NCBI RefSeq assembly: GCF_004010195.1
Contig: NC_057750.1
Location: forward strand, 17,924,209 to 17,947,774
DNA from: Chiloscyllium plagiosum
Lineage: Eukaryota
Length of the DNA: 23,566 nt
Direction: 5' to 3'
Below are positions 1-10,649 of the stretch, piece after piece. The notes under the pieces are model-generated. The model saw only the letters and a program-made list of their open reading frames with translations, was not told where the DNA came from and did no database searches. Position numbers and translations under genes: made by a program. The stretch's first letter is position 1. Each line of letters starts with the position of its first letter.

Positions 1-87
1 TACCAAGTGTTAGAATATTGCTTCAAAACCTCCTGGAATATTGTACACAGGCCTACTTTGTTGCAAATATTCTGCAGAATCTTTCAG

Positions 88-275
88 GCAAAGAAACAGA
101 CAACTTGGCCCAGTAGGTCTATATCAGTGCTTAGGTTTCACACTGTTCTTTTTCCACCATTCTTTACCTGACCCCATCAAATAATGTTCTTTTCCTTTAA
201 TACTTCAACCTTCCGTTTAAATGTACTCTGTTGGTCACCTGAAACGCAGCTTGTGAAAGCAAATTCAACTTGTCT
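88..275 (-). mobile_element. Very decayed LINE 3'-end fragment (CR1-like)
   Basis: Loose resemblance (gaaacaga..ttggccca..., tttaaatg) to the CR1 3' ends at 8851 and 22700. Confidence 0.3.
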
Positions 276-398
276 TAATGAGGTAGGGTTAACTATTCAG
301 GTCAGCTTCCTGCAATGTTAATTTGCATAAGAAACAGTGAAGAAAAAAGGTAGCTTGAAATAGGAAAAAAATGTTGAAGTTAGTAAATGTGCACCTAC

Positions 399-484
399 CT
401 TGTTGTACAGCTGTAAGGCCTTCTGCAAAGTGTCCTGAAGTTCTGTAACAACATACTCACAGTTCTCGACACTGACTGCGAGAT
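399..484 (-). CDS. MAPKBP1: Coding exon of a MAPKBP1/WDR62-family gene (C-terminal helical region): (D)LAVSVENCEYVVTELQDTLQKALQLYNK
   Basis: Acceptor ttttcttaatttttgcag| (AG at 486-485), donor AAG|GTAGGT (GT at 398-397). Phase-1 start matches the phase-1 end of the 2998-3912 exon. The peptide resembles the recalled MAPKBP1 C-terminal motif VSLEQCEQLVAEL..SVRQAVRLY. The paralog WDR62 is not excluded. Confidence 0.75.
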
Positions 485-535
485 CTGCAAAAATTAAGAA
501 AAACATTCAAACATAAATTCCCATGGCTCCCTAAC

Positions 536-586
536 ATACTAATAGCCCAAGAATACTAATAGCATAAGAATACTAATAGCATAAGA
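536..586. repeat. Tandem repeat, 3 x 17 bp (ATACTAATAGCATAAGA)
   Basis: Copies at 536-552 (2 mismatches), 553-569 and 570-586. Confidence 0.9.
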
Positions 587-827
587 AAACATAACAAATG
601 CAATTTATCGATCAGAAATAATTCAGAATCTGAATTGTTACAAATACACATATTAAACTGGGGGTGGGGGGGTGGGGAACAGAGGAGTATGAAATTAGCT
701 ATGGAAGATTCCTTCTTTACGTCCCTATAAGAGTGGTCAATCCTAATTATGCAAATAAATTCCAGGCGAAAGATCATATATTAGTTGTGATGTCAGACAT
801 TCAATATTGAGGCTAACACATGATGAA

Positions 828-1006
828 TGAAACAAAGACAGAAATAGGTGGAGAAAATCAGTGGTTCTGGCAGGATCTGTGGAGAGAAAGCGGAGTTCAG
901 AACGGTTCTGAAGGAGGATCAGTGGACTTGAAACTTTAATGTTGCTATTTCTCCAGCAATTTCTGCCTTTGTTTCAGTTTTCACCACCTACAACTCTGTT
1001 TTATTT
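828..1006. mobile_element. Degenerate inverted Penelope-like terminal repeat with a decayed hammerhead-like core
   Basis: Imperfect inverted arms TGAAACAAAGACAGAAAT..GGAGAAA / TTTCTCCAGCAATTTCTGCCTTTGTTTCA. Core remnant CTGAAGG..GAAAC at 908-934. Same layout as 1972-2184. Confidence 0.5.
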
Positions 1007-1971
1007 CACATGTCAAATGGCTAATTGGGTGAAGCAAATCCATGGCTGCTAATACTTGCAACTACAGACCTGATCGAGATGTTATTACCAATCATTCCTC
1101 TTTGAGGGAAGGAGTTTTCACAATTTAATCTGAAATTAATGTTCGGATTACGAGCATCTCTAACATAAAAGTGGTCTGAACACTAAAATATTTTGATCTA
1201 TAGTCAGTTATAAAACTTAAAAAACACACTAGTGGAAACACACGAGAAACAGAATCTTTGCAATACACAAAACACTTTCATGTGATTTAATGCTGACTTA
1301 GTGTTTCAATTTGTGTTGATTTCTGAGGCATACATGTCATTAGACTACAAGCCTATAAGATACAGGAGTAGAATTAAGCTATTTGACCCATCAGGTCTAC
1401 ACCACCATTCAATCATGACTGATGGGTTTCTAAACCCCATTTCTCCTGTCTCTCCCCATAATTCTTGATCGCCTGACTAATCAAGAATCTATATATCTCA
1501 ATGACTTAGCCTCCACAAACTTCTGCGGCAATGGGATCCATAGATTAACCATCCACTGGCGGACATCCATCCTCATTTCAGCTCTAACGGATGGTCCCTT
1601 GATGGAGGCTGTGCCCTCAAGTCCTAGTCTCTCCAACTAGGGAAAACACTGTGTTCACATCCACTCTATCCAGGCTCGTCAGTATTCGGTAGGGTTCACT
1701 CAGAATGATTGGGGTGGTGGGGGATTCTAAAGTCCATCAAGTACAGACCCAATGTCCTCAACTGCTTCTCAAATGACAAGCCTTTCATCCCATGGATCAT
1801 TCTTGAAAACCTCTTCTGCAGCTCCTACAATAGGCCCAAAGCTGGTCACAATATTCCAAATGTGGTCTGACCAGAGCCTTGTACTGCAGTGGCTGTATAT
1901 CTCTGCTCTTGTATTCTAGACCTCTTGAGTTGAATTCCAACATTACACTTACCTTCCTAACTGCTAACTAA

Positions 1972-2184
1972 GCTGAAACTTTATTGCTGGAACAGCACAG
2001 CAGGTCAGGAAGCATCTAGGGAACAGGAGAGTCGACGTTTCGGGCACATGCCCTTCTTCCTGAAGAAGGGCATGTGCCCGAAACGTCGAATCTCCTGTTC
2101 CCTAGATGCTGCCTGACCTGCTGTGCTGTTCCAGCAATAAAGTTTCAGCTTTGATCTCCAGCGTCTGCAGACCTCACTTTCTCC
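1972..2184 (+). mobile_element. Short Penelope-like element terminus inserted as a fold-back palindrome, with a 17-bp TSD
   Basis: TSD TCCTAACTGCTAACTAA at 1955-1971 and 2185-2201. Arms 1970-2059 and 2062-2151 (88/90 complementary). Homologous to the PLE termini at 14640-14740 and 18710-18835. Confidence 0.85.
2057..2090 (+). ncRNA. Minimal type-I hammerhead ribozyme motif
   Basis: UUC-CUGAAGA-A-GGGC(AUGU)GCCC-GAAA-C-GUC/GAA. Conserved core, 4-bp stem II, palindromic ACGU stem III, 3-bp stem I. Predicted cut after 2087. Activity untested. Confidence 0.7.
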
Positions 2185-2997
2185 TCCTAACTGCTAACTA
2201 AACCTGTAGTAAAAGTAAGAATGGCAATCTTACGGTGTGTCTAAGTGCACCTGGAATCAAATGCTGGCTAAGATGAAGTCAGCCTCAACTAAAAAGCTTA
2301 GTGACTATCCCTGCACTGGAAATACATGCTGAGTTTGAGTTTTTTTCAGTTGAGCTCTTTTCCGGGTGTTCAATTGAGCTATTGGGAGATTAATCCCAGA
2401 ACAGATGGGAATTAACTCTTTGCATCCGCCACATTTCCCTCCACTCCCACTAGAATAAATTATAAAGACTTTAAAGGCAATTCCGCTATTCATTGTTGAA
2501 AGTATTGAAGTCCATGGTAATTTATCTGGCCAGATTATCCACTTAACCAACTTCAGGTGAAGTTTAAACATTTCTTTTAATTATGTTTAAGCATCAGGAC
2601 AGTTGCAAACTAAACAAGGTTTGCACAACAACATTCAAGTATCTTAAGGTTATACACAAGTGCATTTTTGGATTGCAGGGCAGACACTGGTCTGGCAGCA
2701 TCTTAGCAGAAACATTCATCCTTGAACTGTGTAGATAACTAACTTCTGCAGTTCAGATAATTTAAATGGTAGAATGACATTGCAGTAAAAAGGCTATTAA
2801 ATAGAAAGGTCGGGAGATGACAAACCAGATTCAAAAGCAACCAACAAAAATGAAGCTAGCCAAGAATGAAACAAAACTTCTTTCTTGAAATTTTTATTAA
2901 GATTTATTCTATTTATTGGTTTCAAGAAACACTAAAGGAAACTTCTGCGAGTCAGAGATGCTTCAAACGTTAAATATACATTAAAAAATTACAATAC

Positions 2998-3912
2998 CTG
3001 CTTCATTAATAGGTTTCTCTTCAATCCCCATACTTCCTCTGAGCGATGCAGCAACGTCCTTCTGAAAGCCATTTCCTTCTGGGATCGTTATGGAATTACT
3101 GCTTACAGCATCTCTGTTGGGACTGATGCTGTCATGCTGCGGTTGTAAAGGAATTGAATTGCATGAGTGAAATTTTTCCAAAGTGTGCTCAGTGCCATCT
3201 GGAGAACTGTTACAGTGCTCTAAATTACCAGTAGCTTTCTTTAGAATAGTAAAGGAGTTCATGTTTGGGATACTCCCATTCTCCTCGTGTTTTTCACAAA
3301 CGTTTTGATCAGTTTTAGCCAAGCTTGCTGGCTGTGTGGGTGTGACTGCTGAGGTAGATAGCTGTGTAGAATCCTGACCAGCCCGCAGCTTTTGTTTGAC
3401 CTTTGTTACAGCAAAACCATTAGCTATTGGAGGAGGCATTAGCAGTCTGTCAGTGTGTATTTTGGAAAGGTTCAATGTCAAGTTAGCTCTAGCTTGATGG
3501 TTTCCATAAGACAATATCTGTAATGTCTCTTTTGGTGGATTCTTTTCTTTAAAGTTTTCATTTGGATTATCTTCATTTGGAGTGGAGCCTTTCATTGACT
3601 CTGTTAAATCTACAGTAGACACCGCTCTGGAATTGGGCAAACTCGTACCTCTGGACTGTCCTAAGGCTTTCAAATGCAGGTTTTCTCCCATTGATGCGCT
3701 TCGTGACATTTTAGCCTTGAAACTGGCAGTTGGGTGCATGTAGGAGCGAGGTTTGCCAAGTTTATTCTTAGACATCTCTTTACTGAGTGTTGCAGCAAGC
3801 ATATCCATTTTACTACACAGTGAGTGTCTTTGTTTAGTTCCCTCACTCACATACACATTTTGCAGACTGGACTGAGCTGCTGCTATGAATGAATCAGATG
3901 ATGCCCGTTCTT
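2998..3912 (-). CDS. MAPKBP1: Large (915 nt) coding exon of a MAPKBP1/WDR62-family gene; low-complexity region containing SYMHPTASFKAKMSRSASMGENL
   Basis: Open frame (ORF 2981-3856 extended upstream as ERASSDSFIAAAQSSLQNV). Acceptor ttttcaattag| at 3914-3913, donor GCAG|GTATTG at 2997. Phase 1 at both ends, compatible with both neighbours. The motif resembles recalled MAPKBP1 SYQNPTTSSMAKISRSISVGENL. Confidence 0.8.
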
Positions 3913-3938
3913 CTAATTGAAAATGAGCAAGAAAAGAA

Positions 3939-4261
3939 ATTAGATTAGATTAGATTAGATTACTTACAGTGTGGAAACAGGCCCTTCGGCCCAACAAGTC
4001 CACACCGCCCCGCCGAAGCGCAACCCACCCATACTCCTACATCTACCCCTTACCTAACACTACGGGCAATTTAGCATGGCCAATTCACCTGACCTGCACA
4101 TCTTTGGACTGTGGGAGGAAACCGGAGCACCCGGAGGAAACTCACGCAAAAACGGGAAAAATGTGCAAACTCCACACAGTCTCCCGCCTGAGGCGGGAAT
4201 TGAACCCGGGTCTCTGGCGCTGTGAGGCAGCAGTACTAACCACTGTGCCACCGTGCCGCCC
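3939..4261 (-). mobile_element. tRNA-derived SINE, HE1/V-SINE type, well preserved
   Basis: A-box TGGCACAGTGG (4250-4240), B-box GGTTCAATTCC (4206-4196), V-domain-like GGAGTTTGCACAT..TTTCCTCCGGGTGCTCCGGTTTCCTCCCACAGTCCAAAGA, LINE-like 3' part GGGCCGAAGGGCCTGTTTC, (TAATC)n tail. Confidence 0.9.
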
Positions 4262-4408
4262 ACGGTAAACAAATATTTAGTTCATGTACTTGCAATAAAC
4301 CTTCTGAAAGAGAGAAATGAGAATAAATTATTTTATAAAGGACTTTCACTTGGGAGGATCATACCAAGGGGATATTAATTATAGAATACCTTTAGGATGA
4401 AATCTTAC

Positions 4409-4688
4409 CTCCTTGTACCAGGTCTATTACTGAGGCTGACCGTTTACAGAGGTGGCTTCTTCCATTATTTGGTGCTGTATCTTTCACCTCCAAAGCAAGA
4501 GATTTCTCAGCACTTGAACTCATTGATTCTATATCCCATTCACTTCTAATATATTCTCTCTCTACAGTTTGATTCATCTCTTCATTTCTAAGGTGTTTTG
4601 TCCCATCGAAAGATGACTCCAACTCCGATCCATGACCGTCTATAAAAGGGTTAATTTCAACACGCAATTGCAAGGACTTGCATCTTGC
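4409..4688 (-). CDS. MAPKBP1: Coding exon of the same gene (ARCKSLQLRVEINPF...RSASVIDLVQG)
   Basis: Strong acceptor tctttcttttcttcatttctctgcctcccctcacag| (AG at 4690-4689), donor GGAG|GTAAGA (GT at 4408). The phase-1 end joins G+AA=Glu to the next exon. Open frame throughout. An alternative acceptor at 4641-4640 is possible. Confidence 0.68.
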
Positions 4689-4818
4689 CTGTGAGGGGAG
4701 GCAGAGAAATGAAGAAAAGAAAGATTTACAAGTTCTATTCCCACACTGCCTCCAAATACCCCGAACTATATCTTCACTTGGGCTGCAATCGCTCTTTTCT
4801 GATCACGGTGCAGCTTAC

Positions 4819-4869
4819 TTTCACAGCTGCTTCAGAATTATCTACTTCACTTTCAAACAATGGAAAATT
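4819..4869 (-). CDS. Candidate 51-nt exon (NFPLFESEVDNSEAAVK)
   Basis: Good donor AAA|GTAAGC at 4818, in phase 0 matching the 4688 acceptor. The acceptor gatatgacag| has a poor pyrimidine tract and no homology was recognised. Confidence 0.3.
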
Positions 4870-5057
4870 CTGTCATATCACTCATCCATATCGGTTCTTT
4901 TATAAAAAGACCGTTAATTAGCTTTTATCATGATATAATACTGGAATTAAAACAGCGTGCCCTCTACTTGGTTCAACATACTTCCCTAGGAAGCCATCCT
5001 AAGGCACTTCAGAATCTTGTCTGCATAACTAGAACTTTTCGTTTATCCAGATACATG

Positions 5058-7510
5058 CATAAGACCATAAGACATAGGAGTAGAAATTAGGCTATTCAGC
5101 GCATTGAGTTTGTTCTGCTATTCAATCATGGCGGTTAAGTTTCTCAACCCCATTCTCCTGCTTTTGCCTTGTAACCCTCGATACTCAAGAACCTATCTCA
5201 GTCTTAAATATACTCAGTGACTGGCCTCCACAATCTTCTGTGGCAGTGAATTCCACAGATTCACCATTCTCTGGCTGAAGACGTTTCTCCTTATCTCTAG
5301 TGTAAAAGGTCTTTCCTTTACTCTTAGGTCCTAGTCTCTCCTACCAGTGGAAACATCTTCCCAACATCCACGCCGATCAGGCCATTTAGTGTTCTGTATG
5401 TTTCAATTAGATACCCCTTCATCCTTCTAAATTCCATTGAGTATATACCCAGAGTCCTCAAACATTCCTCATATGGTAAGCTTTTCATTCTTGGGACCAT
5501 TCTTGTGAACCTCCTCTGAACATGCTCCTGGGCCACCACATTCTTCCTCAGATAAGGGGCTCAAAACTGTGCACAATCCACCAAATGTGGTCTGACCAGA
5601 ACTTCATAGAGCTTTAGAAGTACAGCCTTTCACATTCAAGTCCTCCCAATATAAAAGCCATCAATGCATTTTTATTCTGAGCTACTGACTGAACCTTCAA
5701 GTTTACCTTAAGAGAATCCTAAAACTCCCAAAGTCTCTTTACACTTCAGACTTCTGAATTTTCTCCCCATTTAGAAAATACTCTATGCCTCCATTCTTCT
5801 TTCTGAAGTGCATGATGTCACACATTCCCAAGTTCTTTGCCCACTCTCCTAACCTGTCCAAATCCTTCTGCAGCTTCCCCCCCCACCGTCTCCTCAATGC
5901 TACCTTCCCTCTACTTATCTTTGTAACATCTGCCATCTTAGCCAGAATGCCCTCAGTCCCTTAATCCAGATTGTTAATGTACAAAGTGAAAAGTTGTGGC
6001 CCCAACACTGAGCCTTGTGGAACACCACTTGTCACCGGCTGTCATCCTGAGAAGGATCCTTTTATTCCCACTTTTCTGCTTTCTGCAAGACAACCAAATT
6101 TCTATCCATACACTTTGCCTCTAACACCATGGGCCCTTATGTTACTCTATAGCCTCCTGTGCAGCACCTTGTCAAAGGCCTTCTTGAAGTCCAGGTAGAT
6201 AACATCCATTGACTCTCCTTGGTCTTACCTGCTTATTACTTCCTCAAAGAATTCTAGCAGATTTGTCAGGCACGACCTCCCCTTGATGAAACCATGCTGA
6301 CTTTGCCCTATTTTACCACACACTTCCAAGAACGCAGAAATCTCATCCTTCACAATGGATTCCAGGATCTTACCTACGACCAAGGTTAAGTTAATCAGTC
6401 TGTAATTTTCCATCTTTCACCTTACTCTCTTATTAAACTGGGGTGTCATGTTAAACGATTTTCCAGTCCTCTGGGACTCTTCCTCATTCTAGCAATTCCT
6501 GGAAGATCACCACTAACACCTCCACTATCTCTTTAGCTATCTTCCTGAGAACTCTTGGGTGTAGTCCATCTAGTCCAGATGATATATCCACCTGCAGGCC
6601 ATTCAAATTTTCCAGCACGGTCTCCTTGGTGATGGCTATCATACTCAGCTCTGCCCCCTCACTCTTGAATTTTTGGGACATTACTCGTGTCTTCCACTGT
6701 GAAGACTGACACAAAGTAATTATGCAGTTCCTCAGCTATTTCGCTGGTCCCCACTATTATCTCTCTAGCGTCATTTTCCAGCAGCCCAATATCCATTTTT
6801 GTCCCTCTTTTGCCCTTTATATATCTAAAGAAACTCTTACAGTCTTCCTTTATATTACTGGCTAGCTTACCCTCATATTTAATCTTCTCTTTTTTTTGTT
6901 GCCCTCAGTTGGTCTTTGTAAACTTCCCAACCCATTGGATTCCCACTGCCCTTAACCACATTATATGCTTTCTCTTTTGCTGTTATGCTATCCCTGACTT
7001 CCCTGGTCAACCATGACTGCCTCATTTACCCTTAACCATGTTTCTTTTTCCCTCAAGATGAACCTCTACTGTGTTTCCTGAATTACTCATAGAACCTGCC
7101 ATTGCTGTTCCACTGTCTTTCCTGCTAAGCTCCTCTCCAAGTCAATTCTACCCAGCTCCTCCCTCATGCCTCTGTAGTTGCCTTTATTCAGCTGAAGTAG
7201 TTACCTCTGATTCTACGTTCTCCCTCTCAAATTGTAGAGTAAATTCAACCATATTATGATTACTGCCTCCAAAGGGTTCCTTCACCTTAAGCTCCCTTAC
7301 CATGTCTGCCTCATTGCACAACACTAAATCCAGTATTGCCTGGTCCCTAATGGGCTCAACCACAAACTGCTCCAAAAGGCCACCTTGCAGACAATCCATA
7401 AATTCCTTGGCTTGCAACCCACTACCAACCTGATTCTTCCAGACCACCTGCCTTTTGAAATCCCCCATGATCTGTGACTTTGTCTTTCCTACACATCTTT
7501 TCTATTTCCT
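5058..7510 (-). mobile_element. CR1-type LINE, 5'-truncated, decayed ORF2 (APE C-part + RT)
   Basis: ORF remnants MGDF..LDLVLCN (7184-7468), NYRLINLTLVVGKILES..QHGF (6225-6413), ADVTK for FADDTK (5739-5936), VQRRFTRMVP (5324-5539). Short-repeat tail cataagaccataagacat at 5058. Confidence 0.92.
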
Positions 7511-7514
7511 GACT

Positions 7515-8145
7515 TAGGAGGCTTTTAGACAAGTCCAACTCTGGAAATCACCTACAGTTAACTGCATAGCCCCTGCTTCATACTTTTTCATCTTCTGATT
7601 AACACCATACTCTGCATTATCATTACTATTTTGTGGCCTACAAATAACTCTAAGTAATGTCTGCTGCCTATTGTTGTTACTTAGTTCCACCCATACACAT
7701 GACACACTGATCTTTTATTTCAAGATCCTCCATGACCCCATCCCTTACTTTCAGCAACTCCGAACGTTTTTCCTTTTTGCCTGCCTTTCCTAAACGTTGG
7801 ATATCTTTGAAAATTCAATTCCCAATCTTGTCACCACGCAGTCATGGTTACGCCATGTACATAGGATCATACCCATGCATCTTTATTTGTGCCTTTAGCT
7901 CATTAACCTTGTGACTGCTGTGTGCGTTCAGATAGCTTGCCCTTAACTTTGTCTTTTAGCCATCATTCTAATATTAAAGCAGAATTTCTGCTCAGCTTTG
8001 TCCTTCTTATCTAGGATTCTTAGCACCTTTTCAAATTCATGTTACCAACTTTATTTTCTTTCGATTTGGCCTAACTCTCAGGTTCCAATCGCCCCGGGAA
8101 GGTAGTTTGAACTGACCCAAACAGCAGCAGCAAATGTCTCTTGCA
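7515..8145 (-). mobile_element. Older CR1-type fragment (ORF1/ORF2 junction and APE N-terminus)
   Basis: VWVEL..RVICRPQNS (7514-7705) and a YLNAHS..KVNEL-like sequence near 7900-7945. Confidence 0.6.
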
Positions 8146-8289
8146 GATACAAACCTCTTTAATCACTCCGTATCCTGACCTTGTCTCCAACCTTTTCCAT
8201 ATCTCCTTTTCACTGGAGGTTGAATGGTCAATCCTCAGCAAATGGCTCAATTTCATTCCCCTATGCTGTGAAGATGCTGCTCCTTTAAC

Positions 8290-8775
8290 AACGTTATGTT
8301 GTTCTTGTTTTTTTTCCCCCAAGCGGGTACATAAAAACAGAGACTCCGGGAGGTCAAGGTTTGAAGGGTTTTCGGGGCAATTTGGTTATAGCTAACAGGT
8401 ACTGCCTCAAGTAAAAAGGCTTTCCAGATTTAAGAAAATCACTTACACATTGAAAAGGGAATGGCCAGTTCTCCCAGCTCAGCTTCTCTCTGGTTTGGTT
8501 TGGTTTTAGCAAGCAGAGCTGAGAAGCTGCTGGACCCAAAGGAGCACATCCATGCTGATCCTGCCTCTCTCTGACATCGCTCCAGAAAGACCATGTTTGA
8601 TTTTACCCTTTTTTTGTCAAGGAGTGATTATGGGGATCATTGCAACAGCATCATTATGTTGGCATAATTTGCTGAGTTTTCAGATAGGTTGGCTATTCTA
8701 TATTCTGTTCTCTTTTATTAGTGTTTCATTTGGTAATCCAGCAAATAAATTCTGTTTTGTTTGAAATTAAGTGAA
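8290..8775 (+). mobile_element. Possible truncated LTR remnant
   Basis: Non-coding, LTR-like composition, AATAAA at 8744-8749 followed by a T/G-rich tract. Termini and TSD not identifiable. Confidence 0.3.
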
Positions 8776-8850
8776 GTTTCAACTAAATATGAAACTAACA
8801 ACGCCCATATGTCAACAAATTCTGCACATCAGTATGTCGAGCTCTTTGAA

Positions 8851-9110
8851 TATAGAAACATAGAATAAATACAGCGCAGTACAGGCCCTTTGGCCCTCGA
8901 CGTTGCACCGATCCAAGCCCACCTAACCTACACTAGCCCACTATCCTCCATATGCCTATCTAATGCCCGTTTAAATGCCCATAAAGAGGGAGAGTCCACC
9001 ACTGCTACTGGCAGGGCATTCCATGAACTCACGACTCGCTGAGTAAAGAATCTACCCCTAACATCTGTCCTATACCTACCACCCCTTAATTTAAAGCTAT
9101 GCCCCCTCGT
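8851..9110 (-). mobile_element. CR1-type LINE short 3' fragment
   Basis: Tail tatagaaacatagaa, acaggccctttggccc stem, ctggcagggcattccat; homologous to 13354-13650. Confidence 0.8.
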
Positions 9111-9114
9111 GGAA

Positions 9115-9314
9115 AAAGGGTGCTGTAGAGACAGAGTTCTTGTGTATGTTTAAACTGAGATAGATTCTTGATCAGTTGGAGAATCAAGCGCTACAGGGAA
9201 AGGGGCAAGGAAGTGGAATGAGGACTGTTGGATCAGCCAAGTATCAAGGAATGTTGGACCAGCAGGCTCGAGTGGCTGGAAGGTATGCTCCTGGCTCTAT
9301 TTCTTATAGTCTTA
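9115..9314 (+). mobile_element. Decayed CR1-type 3' end, plus strand
   Basis: tttaaactgagatagattcttga..atcagcca..ctcctggctctatttcttatagtctta; reverse-complement similar to 5058-5220. Confidence 0.65.
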
Positions 9315-9589
9315 ATACATTCTCCTAGAAACAGAGATTGTTGAAGACGGTTAAGGGAATAGGTTTCCTCAATGTAAAGGTTGTTGTTTATGAAAACATC
9401 CAGACGAGAGATATTTCATTGTAAATCTGCAAAAACTTTTAATGGAAGACTGAGAAAATCTTGGTAGCGTGAGTGCTCGTGGGAAAAAAAGCATCGCAGC
9501 TTATGAGACTGGAACAGTTAAATGAAACATGCAGATCTGGTAGTGAAGGAAAATTACCTCAAGTTTTGAATAACTAGAACGTTTTTAGA

Positions 9590-10640
9590 TTGATTCACTC
9601 ATGGAACATGGGTGTTGCTGGCTAGCTGGCATTTATTGCCTGTCCATTGTTGCCCTGTGAGAAGGTGGGAGTCAGCTGCCTTTCTGAGCCATTGCAGCCC
9701 ATGGACAGTAAGGAGACCCACAATGCTATTAGGGAGGGAATTCCAGGATTTTGACCCAGTGACAGTAAAGAAGAATGACACATTTCTAAATCAGGATGGT
9801 GACTGGCTTGGAGACACTTGCAGGTGGTGGTGTTCTGATGTATCTGCTGTCCTGGTCCTTCTAGATGGAAGTGGCTCTGGATTTGGAAGGGGCTAAGGAT
9901 CTTTCATGAATTTCTGCAGTGTATTTTGTAGATATACACACTATCACTACTAAATGTCGATGGTGAACAAAGTGGGTGCAGTGCCAATCAAGTGTGCTGC
10001 TTTGTCCTGGATGATGTGAAGCTTTTTGAGTGCTACTGGAGCTGTACTTTTACAGTAAAGTGGGGAGTACTCCATCACACCTGTGCCATGTAGATCATGG
10101 ACAGGGTTTAGGGAGTCAAGAGTTGATTTATTCAATGCAGTATTCCGAGCCTCTGAGCTACTCGTGCAGTCACTGTGTTTATATAGAATCCCTACTATTT
10201 GGAAAGAGGCCCTTTAGCCCAACATGTCCAACACCATCCCCCGAAGAGCATCCCACCAAAAAACATCTCCCTACCTTGTCCCTGCAACCCCCACGGCTAA
10301 TCGCCAAACCTACACATCCCCAGACAATGGACAATTTAGCATGGCTAATGGCTAATCCATCTAACCTGCACATCTTTGGACAGAGAAAGGAAACCACAGC
10401 ACCTGGAGGAAACCCTTGCAGACATGGGAGAATGTACAAACTCCACATAGACATTTGCCCAAAGCTGGAAATGAACCCAAGCCCCCTGTGCTGTGAGGCA
10501 GCAGTGCTAAGCACTGAGCTACCGTGCCACCCCAGGTGGTGCGTCCAGATGAGTTGCTGGTCAATGGTAACCTCCAGGATATTGAGAGTGGCGGATTCAA
10601 TGATGGTAACACACTGAATAATTAAAGGTTGTGGTCATAA
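9590..10640 (-). mobile_element. 3' fragment of a second LINE family ('family B'), split by a SINE
   Basis: FTVTGSKSWNSLPNSIVG (9599-9781) is homologous to 12861-13055. The fragment resumes after the SINE with sequence homologous to 17030-17130. Confidence 0.85.
10181..10532 (-). mobile_element. tRNA-derived SINE, HE1/V-SINE type, older copy
   Basis: Homologous to 3939-4261 (GGCACGGTAGCTCAGTG head, GGAGTTTGTACATTCTCCC, CCAAAGATGTGCAGG). Confidence 0.88.
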
Positions 10641-10649
10641 TGTCTCTTA

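Larger units (their letters stand above)
1350..2208 (-). mobile_element. CR1-type LINE 3' fragment, interrupted by the 1972-2184 insertion
   Basis: Tail ataagatacaggagtagaatt... and body are clearly homologous to the 3' end of the CR1 at 5058-5700 (e.g. ttcaatcatg, gtcctagtctctc, ccaaatgtggtctgaccaga). Confidence 0.8.

Noticed and set aside
660..677. G-run cluster GGGGGTGGGGGGGTGGGG as a G-quadruplex
   Set aside because: Only three runs unless the G7 is split; low-complexity and no supporting context.
2305..2571. 88-aa ORF in non-repeat intron sequence, with small palindromes
   Set aside because: No recognisable motif, no convincing splice sites, and the flanking exons already join in phase.
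3969..4272. ORFs of 99 and 70 aa, and a tRNA-like sequence
   Set aside because: They lie entirely within the SINE; the head is tRNA-derived, not a tRNA gene.
9555..9600. Possible micro-exon ending CTTGAG|GTAATT on the minus strand
   Set aside because: Very short, weak acceptor, no homology support.
10030..10617. 195-aa ORF
   Set aside because: Antisense read-through of a SINE and LINE remnants.
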